64,000 nucleotides of DNA from Raja brachyura (taxonomy: Eukaryota). The notes under the pieces are model-generated. The model saw nothing but the letters and a program-made list of their open reading frames with translations, had not been told where the DNA came from and ran no database searches. Positions 48,728 to 61,103 of this stretch are shown piece by piece. Each line of letters opens with the position of its first letter. Positions within the stretch are counted from its first letter, which is position 1. The stretch is taken from NCBI GenBank assembly GCA_963514005.1, contig OY740797.1:24924001-24988000 (forward strand), given 5' to 3'. The translations under genes and the position numbers were made by a program.

Positions 48728-48850
48728 CTACTTAATAATCCTGATTCCTGCATACTCTGTTTCATTATTCTTCGCTGTTGTTGGATCTTGCAGAGTAGCG
48801 GTGAGATCCAGAGTTGCATAGGTCAGTTCATTTTCAGACATTTCTTTGAC
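48728..48850 (-). CDS. Gene C terminal exon with ITIM LTYATL and ITSM TEYAGI
   Basis: tttttcgatag| VKEMSENELTYATLDLTATLQDPTTAKNNETEYAGIRIIK*. Confidence 0.85.
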   Translation of the reverse strand, partial: VKEMSENELTYATLDLTATLQDPTTAKNNETEYAGIRIIK

Positions 48851-48945
48851 CTATCGAAAAATAATCAGAGATCATGAGTTGCCGATTCGCCTATATGGGC
48901 GACATACGCGAATTTTCCTTGCAGCATACTTCCGATTTGCTTTAC

Positions 48946-49032
48946 CTGGGCATAGATAATTTGTTTTTCGCGCCGTCTGTTTTTCTCAGTTTTCTTCTGT
49001 TCGCTGAAATTCCAATCTACATACGTTGGATT
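48946..49032 (-). CDS. Gene C cytoplasmic exon NPTYVDWNFSEQKKTEKNRRREKQIIYAQ
   Basis: ttccctcag| ... CAG|GTAAAG, 87 nt, phase 0-0. Homologous to gene A exon 6. Confidence 0.8.
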
Positions 49033-49990
49033 CTGAGGGAACATTTATTTGAAAGGAAATAAACTCCACATTTGCAAAAAACTGCGAAGACGAGGAAACA
49101 TAAAATAAGCGGGTGGAATCTGGGTCTGCACGGCCATTCATCCCATTGCTATTTCTGGCTACATTCCTATGATGAGATTACTAAAACAGTAAACGGAAGC
49201 AACTAGTATCTAATTGGTTTGAGTTTCCTGAATAATTAGTGAACTATTAGCCAAATCGTGAAACGCATGGACAGAACACTGACCGGAAGCTTGTTGGGTG
49301 ATGACTTCGAGGACAATATATCGTTGACGCGATTTCTGGGCTCAGACAGGTTAGCAGATTTTTCGTCATATATCAGTACGAGCTACTCCGCAAAAAATAT
49401 AACGTGTGAATTTTGAATTGGAACAGGACGGATTGGACATAATCTGTTTAGGATAACTCGAAGGATACGTAAGTGCCGTCGCTGACGACCGTGGACGATA
49501 TCATGAGAATAAGGACAAGGACAAGGACAAGGGAGGATAAGGACAATTGCAAACGAGGCACATAGAGAGTTCCACGAAAAGTGGACCCATCCTGTTGTCC
49601 CATCAATGTGATTATAATTACGGACGTCCATTAGCAGAACATGATACAACAGGCTATGTCTTGTTATACCATCAACAAAATTACCTGTTTTTCGAAGTGG
49701 TGAGTTCTATCCTCAATATTTTCTGGGGCTAGTAGAGAACATAATAAGACAACATTTAATCATCAACGTGTCACAACTTGCCTGCCGATAGTCAGTTAAT
49801 AATCGAGTTGTGACCAGATTAGTTCGGCTGCAGAAATTGACCATTGCGGTCATGCTAGTCTTGTTATTTGAACAAATCCTCTCCTCGTTAGTCATAATGC
49901 TAAGGAAAAGCAAACGGAAAAGTTGAAAACCTATTGTTTGCTTCCGCTTTCCTGTGATAACTGCCCCTATTTAAATAGCCCGACCGTTAT

Positions 49991-50280
49991 GCCCCTGTCC
50001 CACTTAGGAAACCTGAACGGAAACCTCTGCAGACTTTGTGCCCCACCCAAGGTTTCCGTGCGGTTCCCGGAGGTTTTTGTCAGTCTCCCTAATGGTCGAA
50101 AGTGGTTTCGGCTTCTTCTATGTCCCGGTGATTATTTCAAAAAAATCAAACCAGCCGTGACTAAAAATAGTTTGCCGTTTTAAAAATCGGTAATTTTTTA
50201 ATCGAAGCCGGTTGCGATGCTAGTTGAAGGTGGTTGCCGGAGGTTGCAGGTAGTGGAAGGTAAGACCTTTTTTCACTCAG
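49991..50280 (+). mobile_element. Harbinger-like non-autonomous element terminus
   Basis: gcccctgtcccact terminus similar to the 35512 MITE, with internal short inverted repeats. Confidence 0.4.
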
Positions 50281-50859
50281 TTTTATTCCACCTGGGAGTG
50301 GGTAGAGCTGCGGTGGCGCTCGCTTGCGACCCGACTTCGGAGCTTCAGGCCCGGTGGACAGGAACATCGGGAGCTCCGGGTCTCTGGTGGGAGACGACTT
50401 TTCGGAGCTCCCGCAACGGCAACTTGGGCCTAACATCGCCCCGCGTGGCTTAATGGCCACAGGACCTACCATCGTCCGCCGGGGGCTTCAACATCGGACC
50501 CCCAATTCGCCTAGATGCTGCAGTTGGACTGCGGGACCGCGGGTGAAGAACAAAGGGTAGAGATAAGACTTTGCCTTCCATCACAGCGATGGATGTTTAT
50601 GTAAACTGTGTTAAATGTGGGTCTTGGGGGGTTTTGTAATGTAAAAACTGTAGAAAATGCAATTTCGTTCAAACCAAGTTGTTTGAATTACAATAAAAGG
50701 CATTCTATTCTATTCTTCAAATGTGACTCAACCCCAAACGTCCCCTATCTACTGTATCCCCAGATGCTGTCAAACGGCCGAGTTACTAGAACACTTTGTG
50801 TTCTGCTTCTGCAGTTCCTTGTGTCACTCATTTCGGACAAGAATCAACTCATTTCTTAC

Positions 50860-50885
50860 CTTCAATACTGTGTAATTTGCACCGC
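50860..50885 (-). CDS. Gene C cytoplasmic mini-exon GGANYTVLK
   Basis: tttttttgccag| ... AAG|GTAAGA, 26 nt, phase 1-to-0. Confidence 0.6.
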
Positions 50886-51844
50886 CTGGCAAAAAAATGC
50901 CAGCGCTAGAATAATTAGCACGCATATGGCAAATCCAGCCGCTAGAAAGCAGACGAGTTTAACGCTAATTCCTAAAGGGAAAATAAAAGCTGAATATTTT
51001 CATTTTTCAGAGGTTATCTTCATGGAATAATCAGATTGCATGAACAGGGAATTACAGAATGGGTTCCACATTTTCACTGTGCTACGCTGTAGTCCATCTG
51101 CCACTTATTTATCCACTCTCCCAAACTGTCTAAGTCCTTCAGCAAACTCCCTGCTTCCTCAACACTATCTGCCCCTGAACGTACCCTTGTATCATCTGAA
51201 AACTTGGCGAAAAAGCCATCAATTTCATCATCCAGATAATTAACATATAATGTAAAAGGCAGCAGACACAACACCGACCCCTGCAGAACACCGCTAGTCA
51301 AACGCGACAAACCACAAAAGGCCCATTTATTGACACTGTTAGCCTTCTGCCAGTCAGTATCTCTTCAATCCGTGCTAATCCCTTGCCTTGCACTTCTATT
51401 TTGTTTAACGGCCTCACGTAGCACCTTATCAAAGGCCTATTAAAATTCCAAGAAAACGATGCTTATTGACACTCGTCTATCCCACGTGTTATCTCCTCAA
51501 AAAAACCTAAAAGATTTAACAGACAAGATCTCCCTTATGCTTATTTTACCATGCTTATTTTATTATATGCATCCAAGTACCCTAAACGGCATCCTTAATA
51601 TGGATTCTGAAATGTAAACACTTCGATCAGTAGCCTTTAAAGAGGCTGGACTTTGTTTTACTCTTTATATATTCTGATTATTATCTTAAACATTTTCCTT
51701 TATTTCTCCTTCATACTTTATGTCTACATACTATTTTGACATTATACGGATGCGCTTATCACCCCCTCTCCCCGTTTCGCCGTGTCACTGGTGACAGTGA
51801 GGAAACCTCCAATTCAAAATATAAAATTTAAGGAAACGAATTAC

Positions 51845-51874
51845 CTGGAGTGAACACATCAAAAATAAATTCCA
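51845..51874 (-). CDS. Gene C candidate cytoplasmic mini-exon VEFIFDVFTP
   Basis: ttttttatgcctag| ... CAG|GTAATT, 30 nt, phase 1-1. IFDV parallels IYDI of gene B exon 5. Confidence 0.45.
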
Positions 51875-54800
51875 CTAGGCATAAAAAATACGATTTCTCG
51901 TGCACGAGCTGTAATGTATTTTGTATTCGTTAAAATAGATTAATCTATTGGGTTTCGGGTCTGTGCCTTCTTAGTGTTGGGATCATTAATATCGTAAAGG
52001 TTGTTTAATTTACATATCGACCGACTGTTGAAATTTTGGAAAGATAACTGCAGTCGATGTGTTTCATTTATCAACAAGAGATCAGAATAATTCTGAATTG
52101 TGATATATCTCTGAGAGGGTTTGGCGATCCAATTATTGATGCACCATCGAAGTGTTGCACGTGCACTATCCCAGCTTTCAAAATGGTTTGAACAATGCAG
52201 ACGCACGTCACGTTATGCCACCCCGAGAAAGATCTACTCCTGGCACATCTTCGCAGTTCTAGCTGATCCCAAGCACCTGTTTTCTTTCCTTAACTACATA
52301 AAACATGTACACCCAATCCATATAATAATCATATAACCATATAACAATTACAGCACGGAAACAGGCCTTCTCGGCCCTTCCAGTACGTGCCGACCATTTA
52401 TTTTCCCCTAGTCCCATCTACCTGCACTCAGACCATACCCCTCCATTCCCTTCCCGTCCATATACCTATCCACTTTACTTTTAAATGTTAAAATCGATCC
52501 TGCCTCCACCACTTCTGCTGGAAGATCATTCCACACAGCCACCACTCTCTGAGTAAAGAAGTTCCCCCTCATGTTATCCCTAAACCTCTGTCCCTTAATT
52601 CTCATAGTCCGTTGGTTTTGGGCCCGGATAAAAGTATAGAGCCTCCGTCGGTGCGACTGAGCACGTTATTCATCATGGCGGGGAAGTGGACATTTTACAT
52701 TTAACTTTGTACCTTATGAAAACCGAAACGACGAAGAGACAGCCAACATTAAACGAGTGGATTTATAAAGCAAGGAACAAAATATACATTGGGTGGTACC
52801 TGGCGAGAGTATTTCATAATTGCGACTAAAGTTAAGGCAGGTACATAGCTAATGGGATCCTTATTATTTATCAAGAAAGAACTAACATGTAAAAGCAAGG
52901 AGGTTGTGCCATTGCTTTTCGATAACATGTCCAGTGCAAGACTGGGCAAATATGTTAAGGGCAATCTTTACAATGCTCTCTCTACATTAGCTTTCCATTT
53001 CTATATCACATTTTCCTGAAGAAGGGTCTCAAGAAGGGTCTCGACCCGAAACGTTGCCTATCTCCTTCGCTCCTTAGATGCTGCTGCACCCGCTGAGTTT
53101 TCCAGCCTTTTGTGTACCCTCGATTCTCCAGCATCTGCAGTTCCTTCTTTAACAAAACATCATATTTTCCACATTCGTCTTGGGGGGGAGGGGGGGGGGG
53201 TGGTGGCTGGGGTAATGCTAGTAATTCCCATTGCAGGCCCGCGTACTCGCACAGTTATCTCCAGCGCGTTTCCTCCGACTCAGCCAGGTCAACGGGCTCC
53301 ATTACCTATATGTATTTTCTGAGACATTTTCTGATAATCGCACGTTCTGTAATCGTAAATTTCACTGGACCTTAATTGGTACACGAGACAATAAACTGAC
53401 CTTGAAACCTTGAAACGTTGTATCGTTGTTTCTATAAACACCCTTTACCTCAACGTGTTTTCCTCCATCACATTTTGGTGCTCAGCCATGCATGCTCAAT
53501 TTATCAGTCTGCTGCTCTGATATCTCGTCCCAACACCCACCTGGAACAAGAAGAGCTTTCTCCTTGTCCATCAGCTCAAGGGCATAAGGAATGGGAGTAG
53601 AAGTAAGCCATTCGGTCCATCGTGTATACTCCACATATCAATCATGGCTGAACTATCTCTCCCCACTCTTCTGCCTTCTGCCCATAGCCTCTGACACCTG
53701 TACTAATCAAGAATCTATCTATCTCTGTCTCTAAAATTTCCAGACGGACTCCACAGCCTCCTGTAGCAAATTATTCCACAATTTCACCGATAATCTGAAG
53801 GAAATCTTAAGTAATTTTAAATGCTGCAGAATTAGTAATGTTCAAAAAAAATCCCATTATTTCAATTGGAAACCTGAAACTCTCAGACCAATAAAACAAT
53901 CAGTGCCATTTAGCAAGTCCGAGGCAGAGCACCAGAGATACAGGTTCAATCCTAACTTGGGCCCTGTCTATGTGGAGTTTGCACTCTCTCATTGTAATCA
54001 CGGGGGTTTTCTCCTGGTCCTCCAGGTTTCTTTCATACTCCAAAGACATGTGAATTTGTGCAGCAGCAATCGACACTCCAGGATAGATTATAAGGGATAG
54101 GAGTAAAATTAGGCCATTCGCCCCATCAATTCTACTTCGCCATTCAATCTATCTATCCCTCCTAACCCCACTCTGATGCCTTCTCCCCGTAAGCTCTGAC
54201 ATTTGTACTAATGAAGAATCTATCTATCTCTCCCTAAAAAATATTCACTGACGGCCTCCACAGCCTTATCACTGACGGCACTCCACGGCCTTATTTTAAT
54301 TATTTAATTCTGAGGCTTTGACCTCTAGTCCTCGACTCTCCCGCAAGTGGAAACATTCTCTCCACATACACGCTATCCCTTTCACTATTCTGTATGTTTC
54401 AATGAGGTACCCCCTCATCCTTCTGAACTCCAGCGAATACAGGCCCAGTGCCGACAAACGCTCAACAAAGGTTGACTTACTCATTCCTGGGATCATTCTT
54501 GTAAACATCTTCCGTACTCTAATCTTAAGGAATCATGCTCTATATTTTAAGCGACCATCTGAGTCATGGCACCAGCTGACAGCTGATCTCCCTCTACGCT
54601 CTTTATTGCAAAGGAATTATTTCACCACAAACCATCTTCACTCTCCTGTATCCGCGAACACCTATTTGCCTTCTCACCATACCTTCGCATTCAGCCATAG
54701 ATATTATAATGTTTGCCCTTTCAAAACTTCCATTAACATCATCCAGGGACCTGCGTACTCCCGCCACAGTTAACCTTTTCCGATTTCAATTACGATAGTT

Positions 54801-55402
54801 TATTTGGTGAGGTCTATTTCACTTGGGGAATACCAGCTGTAGAGCTGCCTCACAGCGCGAGAGGCACAGGTTTGATCCTAACCATGGATGCTGTCCGTGT
54901 GGAATGTGTACGTTCTCAATGTGATCGTGTTGGTTTTCTTCGGGTGATACGGTTTCCTCCCACATCCCTTGGATGTGGAGGTGTGAAGTCTAATTGGCTT
55001 CTGTAAATTGTCACCAGTGTGTAGTGAGTGAATGAAAAAAGTCTTCTAACATAGAACTATATGCCAGTGATCGATGATCAGCGTGGACTTGGTGGGCTAC
55101 CTCAATGAAGTCACAAAAAAGCGTTATGGAATATCTTCCAACTACATTGACTAAAACTTTAGACCTGAAATGTATTCAGCAATTTCAGAAAATTGGAAGT
55201 TAACTGGCAGTTTCTATGAATGAAAATAATGGGATAAATTCCAGAGACTAGGCGCATAAAATTAACAAAACATAGAAATGTCTGGGAGCACAGAACAGAT
55301 CAGACAGTTCATAGGAACGCCCATCAGCCGGAATTATCGCTACTCCATATTGTGTATGTGCCCGTTCAAACATTTTCTTATTTCTCCTTTCTTGTCATTT
55401 AC

Positions 55403-55522
55403 CTCTGCTGTTTGAATCTCATCACAGATCAGTAACAATGAAAAATAAAGCATCAGAGTTAATGACAGCGTATGTTATTAAATCTCCCTTGGCCTCCGTC
55501 TTCGGGCTTGTTGTTTTGGTCT
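55403..55522 (-). pseudogene. Gene C disrupted stalk/TM exon
   Basis: gttccaag| ETKTTSPKTEAKGDLITYAVINSDALFFIVTDL**DSNSR |GTAAAT. Shifted frames read LTLMLYFSLLLI and VMRFKQQ, i.e. a frameshifted TM plus basic juxtamembrane segment. Confidence 0.55.
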
Positions 55523-56400
55523 CTTGGAACATGAAATATGTTGGATTACCATCCCTCTCCAATCTCCAATGTTACAGCGATAAGACTGAAAATTAATTAA
55601 CTTATAAACAGAAAACAGTGCCCTTATTATGCAAGGAAACAGCTTTACAAGTATTTCCGGAGACGACTCATTGGTGTTCTGTGTGCTGTCCTGGTCATCC
55701 TGCTATACGTAGCATGTCATTAAGAAGGGTACAGAAAGGATTTAGTAAGGTATTACCTGGAATTCATGACTGGAGTTATCCGGTGATGCCGAGTAGGTTG
55801 TGACCTCTTCTCATGAGGCATAGGAGGTTTACCTAATTGAAGTATATTAAATTATGATGGGCGTAAAGAAAGTGAATGCAGTCGTTTTCCCCAGGGTAAT
55901 GGATTCTTAACATGGAAGATTAAGAGGGGGCCCCAAGGGGCCATTTCTTTCCGAGAAACCTACAAAAGCGTATACAATTGTGATTTTCAAAGGATATTTG
56001 GATAGATATTTGGATAGGAAAGATTTAGAGGGGATATGGGTCAAATGCGTGCAGATGAGTCTAGTCCAGAATACCAACATGTTTGACGTCGACAGGGCGT
56101 GTCGAAGGGACTTGCCTCCATGCGTATCACTCTATATGATCAGAGATAAACAGCGAGTTCAAGCATTCGCTATTAAAAAACATACAAACACAACTATCAT
56201 CTTTGCACGATGTCTCTTACTAACCAGTATCTAATTTCCTAGACTGGTCATACCTTTTCATTTCAACAAAGACACGCCCACTGTCTTCATTCAAACACTT
56301 AGAAACGGTCTGGCGTATGTTTTGGGTGGGAATTCATGAAATGCCTTGACATGAAACAATGATATATCTCAGGACATTATTGAAGGTATAAACCTCATAC

Positions 56401-56682
56401 CCATTCCAAGAAATCTGTGAGTTTCAACGGTCGGAACCAGGAGGGTGGCGTGAGACACGTTGCAACTATAAACCGATCGGCTATCCACTGCATGTAGGAA
56501 GCTGGAAGCAAGGTATAATCCCTCGTCGTTCCGTATTTTAGTGGTACTTATTCCAGAAGTGATTTTGTGGTCACCTTTATACCAGGTAAGTTCACAGTCC
56601 TCCGGGAAAAACGGAGCAGTTGTACAGTTTAGGGCCAGGGAAGGATTGTTCATCTGTTTAATCTTCAAAGATGTCGGGGACA
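56401..56682 (-). CDS. Gene C Ig C1-set exon (open frame)
   Basis: tttgcag| VSPTSLKIK...LNCTTAPFFPEDCELTWYKG...DEGLYLASSFL...VYSCNVSHATL...FLGM |GTATGA; 282 nt, phase 1-1. Confidence 0.9.
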
Positions 56683-56805
56683 CTGCAAACAATTTAAGAT
56701 AAAGGAGTTAGCACCCCTATATGTTTATTTAAAATACAATATAATCGCTTTCGAAATGGATTATACCATAACTTCTTGAGCGTTCCTTTAATATTAAAAT
56801 AGTGG

Positions 56806-58600
56806 AAAGAAGTGGAAGTCAAATAACCGAAAGCGTACGAAGCCGAAACGCCAACGAACCAATGGGTGGGACGCCCAAATGCAAACTAACTGAAAGGGCC
56901 TGACGCCTAAAATCCACGTAACCGAAAGGCTGCGTCGACTACAAGCAAATTAACCAAATGGCCGCTCAACCGAAAAGTCAAATAACAGACATGACGTCAC
57001 AGGGGGCAGGACTTGTCAGCGATTGGTCCAGACCACCGCGTCCATCACGTATGACTACACTTATATAGGGAGGCTATGGAAGTTGAGAAAACTGGCACTG
57101 AGAGCGGTCCATGTGAAGGGACAGAACCGACCAACAATGAAGGCACTATGAAAGCAGCTGCCACAAGCCCCTCCCATGGGACGGGGTTTTAACTCGCCAT
57201 TACAATTCAAAAAAGAGTTACATTGATTTAAAAACAAAAATGGTACATGTATAAATAGTTCTAACATTCGGGAACCTGGTTAATTAAGTGGTGGGAATAT
57301 TTCCCTGTCCTAACGATGCCTTTGCTTTAGCCAGTGGTCACATCCATTCCATCCTCCCCTCGCAAATAGAAGCAAGCGGCATGTACAGCGGCTCTTCCAT
57401 GCGCACAATACATGAAGCCGATGAAATGAGTCAATTGTGACACAAAATGTTGGAGTGTCTCAGTGGGACAGGTACCATCTCTGGAGAGAAGCAATGGGTG
57501 GCGTTTCGGGTCGAGACCCATCAGACGCAGTCGTCAGGTCTGAAGAATAGTTTCGACCCTAAAACGTCACGCATTCCTTCTCTCCAGAGATGCTGCCTGT
57601 TCTGCTGAGTTACTCCAGATTTTTGCGTCCATCTTCAGTTAAAGCAGTTTACAGATTATCTGGTGTTTTGTGCGTGGGAGCTTGTGTGCGTTACGCAGGC
57701 AACAGACGGTAATAAATAAAACATGCTTCTTGTTGTGAAAGGGGGGGGGGGGAGTGGGAGGAGATAAAAGTGTTTGTTGTCATGCACAAGTGTCATTGGC
57801 CCTCCAGGGAATTTGTGTGTGTCCTCCATGTTTTAAAAACGATTTACTATGGCTGCCAATGCCCCGAGCCGAGTGTCTCAGCGGCCGGGGTGGGGGTGAA
57901 TTACCCGATGTGGGTGTCAGGGGGTAAATCACACTGTGTGGGTCGGGATTCAGGGGTTGGAGGGGGATCAACCTGGTCTGGGGTTGGGGTCCGATGGCGG
58001 TGCATCGTGGTCAGTGACTCTGAGAGGGACCAGCCTGTCCCTCACCTGTGCTGCACTCAGCGCTGCCGACACACAACCCGTCACAGTGCGGCCGCATGAG
58101 GGGGACGCGGCGGAGGACGGCCATGGCCGTGGGAGAGGGGGGCGCTCCCGAGGGATGCGCTCCTTCGTACGCTTGGAACTTGGTGCTCGGATTTAGAATG
58201 CTCAGTCACCTATGGCTTGTGTCGAAAAATGACCCCCACCCTCCCGTCTCCAACGGCCAGTGATGTGATGGACGCGGGGGTCTGGCCCAATCGCCGACAA
58301 ATCCTGCCCCCGCGGCGACGTCCGTTATTTGACTTTTCAGTTGAGCGCCATTCCGTTAGTTGCATTTTAAGCGACGCAGCCTTTCTGTTAATTGGTGTTT
58401 CGTCAGAGCGGCCATTTGGAGAGTTTGCTTTTAGGATACGCAGCTTTTCGGTTAGTTGGCTTATAGGGGTCCCGCCTTTCCGGTTAGTTTGCATTTAGGT
58501 ACCCCACCCTTTCGGTTAGTTGGCGTTTCGGCTTCGAAAGCTTTCGGTTATTTAGCATTTCGGCTTAGTTTCCGTTCCGTTATTTGGCTTCCACTTCTTT
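56806..58600. mobile_element. Foldback/MITE-type element with long modular TIRs
   Basis: aaagaagtggaagtcaaataaccgaa... at 56806 versus ...gttatttggcttccacttcttt at 58600. About 190-280 bp of inverted aaccgaaa modules lie at each end. Confidence 0.7.
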
Positions 58601-60759
58601 GCTTCGGATTCTCATCATTCGAAGCCACGTCGGGGTACCACAACATAAACTATCGAACCTGTAATAAGAATCAATTAAAAGCATACCCGATATCTCAAGT
58701 AAACCAAATAATTTAATGCGCCGCAATCAGATAGTAGGCCTTACATAAATTCTGTTCCCAAAGCAAGCGAATATGATTAATAAGTTGTACTATATCAGAC
58801 ACTTTCAGTTATTCCAAACTCAACCATGACATGCCAAAGCTTGCATTTAAAAAATAAACTACAAGACCCAATGACAGAATGCAGAAGAAATTATGTTTAG
58901 GGGGGAAAATGGGATTCATGGGGATGAGGATATGGAAAGTTTCATCTACTGTAGTCACGGCGAATAGGATACACGGGTGGCGGGCATGCAGGGGTGGTGG
59001 TGGGGGGGGGGGGTGTAGTTAATTTAGAATGTGGTGATGCGAGTTAACACATCGGTTGTGTCTTATAATGGAATACATCTAGAGACGTCGATAATTGATT
59101 AAAACAAAACATCAAATTAAGAGTGTGTATCAAAAGAGAAATAGCATGAAAAGACCTATATGAAAACTGGAGGATGGCTAATATTGTGACTATATTTGAG
59201 AAGGGCTGCAAGGAAAAGTCTGCGAACTGTAAACCAGTCTGTGGTTGGAAGGCCACTGGAAAGGATTCAGAAGGATAAAATATGTAAGCATTTGATTAGA
59301 AATGAGCTGATCGAGGATTGTCATCATTGTGGTATATGTGAAACAACGTGTGTCACGAATCCTATTTTTTTTTTAACGTAACCAAGAAGGATGATTTGCA
59401 CAAAGTAGTAGACATCGTCTGTATGGACCAGAAGTGACTTTGACAAGGTTCCACATGGTACTTTGCTCTGGAACATTAGATCCCATGTGGTCCAAGAACA
59501 GCTGGCCGCTGGGTAGAGAAATGGCTCAGTGTAAGGAAGCAAAGGGTGATGGTGGCATGTTGTATTTTGTGGGCTGATTTCATGGGAAGGCGAGAGGGGA
59601 ACACTTACCAAGAACCTAAGGGGCATCCATTTCATGCAGATGCAGGTGGGTATATGGAATGAGGTGCCAAATGAGGTCGCTGAGGCAGGTGCTTTTACCA
59701 GACGTTTGGACGGATACAAGGGGGGAAAGGTTTTGAGGGATATGGGCCAATTATGGTGCGACATCTTGGTCAGCATTGCAAAGTTGGGCTGAAATGTCTG
59801 TTTTTGTGCTCTAGGACATTATTCAGTGATAGCGTGTATTTTTGTAAAACGTGTTATGGAAGAAAATATTAATACCCTTTCTTACATAATTTTGATTAGA
59901 ATTGAACAAGGTAACGAAAGGGTGTTTGGATGTGACAATTGGCATCTCTCGTTGTCCAGCTGCAGAAGAGGTTCGTGGGAATCGGCAAAGTAAGATTCGA
60001 CATAGTATATCTTGTCTATGAATGAGTTGAAGGGTGGGTGGTAAATGTAAACCTGAAATAGTAGATGCAGTTCAGGAAGCTTGTATCTCTCAGCAGTTAC
60101 AGTAGACCACCCTCGCCCCCTACTTCTAGCGTAGAAACGTTGCAGTAAATGGGGAGCTTATGATTGGCTCGGAGAAGGTATGTGGGCGCGGTTCACCTAA
60201 AAGGTGAGGTAGAATAATATCAAAACGCCCTTGTAATTGTTTTTGACGTATTATGATTGAATAAGATTGTCATAAACAAAAGGTATGTTATGACTAATGA
60301 AATAATTGGTACCTATGTAGTAAATTGTATATTTTTGTAAAATTGTATCAAACAAAAAACAAAAGTTGTTTACTGCACAGTATTACTGTCAGCAAATTCT
60401 GTTGTGAGGTCAAAGAACTGGTGAGCAGTTAACAGCCGCCATGGCTCCATTATATCTCTTGAAGAAAACCTGCGAATATTACGCTTTTCATTTTCCTTTA
60501 TTTTCCCTCTAAATTCATTTCTTGAACACGTGTCAACCCAATGCCAAATATATTCAGGAACATATATCAAATTATGACCAATTAGCAATAGATCAAGAAT
60601 AGATCAAGGGTAATAGGTCGAGTTCTGAGCTAGGAATGATGCATAGAAATTGGCTGATTAAGTCAATCATAATCTTTCAGATCGATTTGAGGAGGGTTAT
60701 CTACCTAAGTGGACTAACGATTGACAATTGATAAATTAAGACATTACATCTCACATTAG

Positions 60760-61103
60760 CGTATGTAAAAAGATGAGGATAATTATAGGTCCTACACTAT
60801 CATGCCAACCAACGGAATTGCTTCCCTCCAATGATGTAATAACTGGGTGAAGTGAAGACGCCCTCTTATTATCAAAATGTACAAACTCCATACACCAAGC
60901 ACCTGTAGCTAGGATCGAACGCGGGCCTCTGGCGCTGTAAGCGCTGTAAGGCTGCAACTCTACCGCTGCAACACCGTGCAGAGGCACAAATATTGGATTG
61001 GTATTATGTGGTACAGATATAACACAATAGCACGAAAATACTGCTCCATATGTAGCCTTTAATGACTCAACAGGTGAAGTAGAGAAATGGCTTCACCCTG
61101 AAC
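60760..61103 (-). pseudogene. Gene C degraded V exon
   Basis: tttttcacag| GSG*SHFSTSPVESLKATYGAVFSCYCVISVPHNTNPIFV, then a SINE at about 60981-60878. It resembles gene A GINFTCRC and gene [12 protein letters not shown]. The part after the SINE (ASSLH...) is weak and the 3' boundary is approximate. Confidence 0.55.
60878..60981 (-). mobile_element. Truncated HE1/V-SINE head inserted in the gene C V exon
   Basis: gcacggtgttgcagcggtagagttgc...cgttcgatcct on the minus strand. Confidence 0.7.

Larger units (their letters stand above)
48728..61103 (-). pseudogene. Gene C: disrupted paralogous VJ-C1-TM-ITIM/ITSM receptor gene
   Basis: V exon with TGA and SINE insertion (from 61103), open C1 exon (56682-56401), TM-position exon with TGA TGA (55522-55403), and open tail exons 51874-51845, 50885-50860, 49032-48946 and 48850-48728. 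The leader exon was not located. Confidence 0.7.

Noticed and set aside
55460-55480. ITYAVI as an ITIM in gene C
   Set aside because: It lies in the exon directly after C1, ahead of the frameshifted hydrophobic stretch, so it is better read as the start of the TM.
56806-57000. Regularly spaced aaccgaaa repeats resembling a CRISPR-like array
   Set aside because: Eukaryotic context, degenerate units, and a mirror image at 58320-58600; these are transposon subterminal repeats.
60372-60400. TAQYYCQQ on the plus strand with a CACAGTA heptamer-like string, resembling an Ig light-chain V end
   Set aside because: There is no upstream V framework (AT-rich, stops), a stop follows four codons later, and there is no properly spaced nonamer. 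Chance match.
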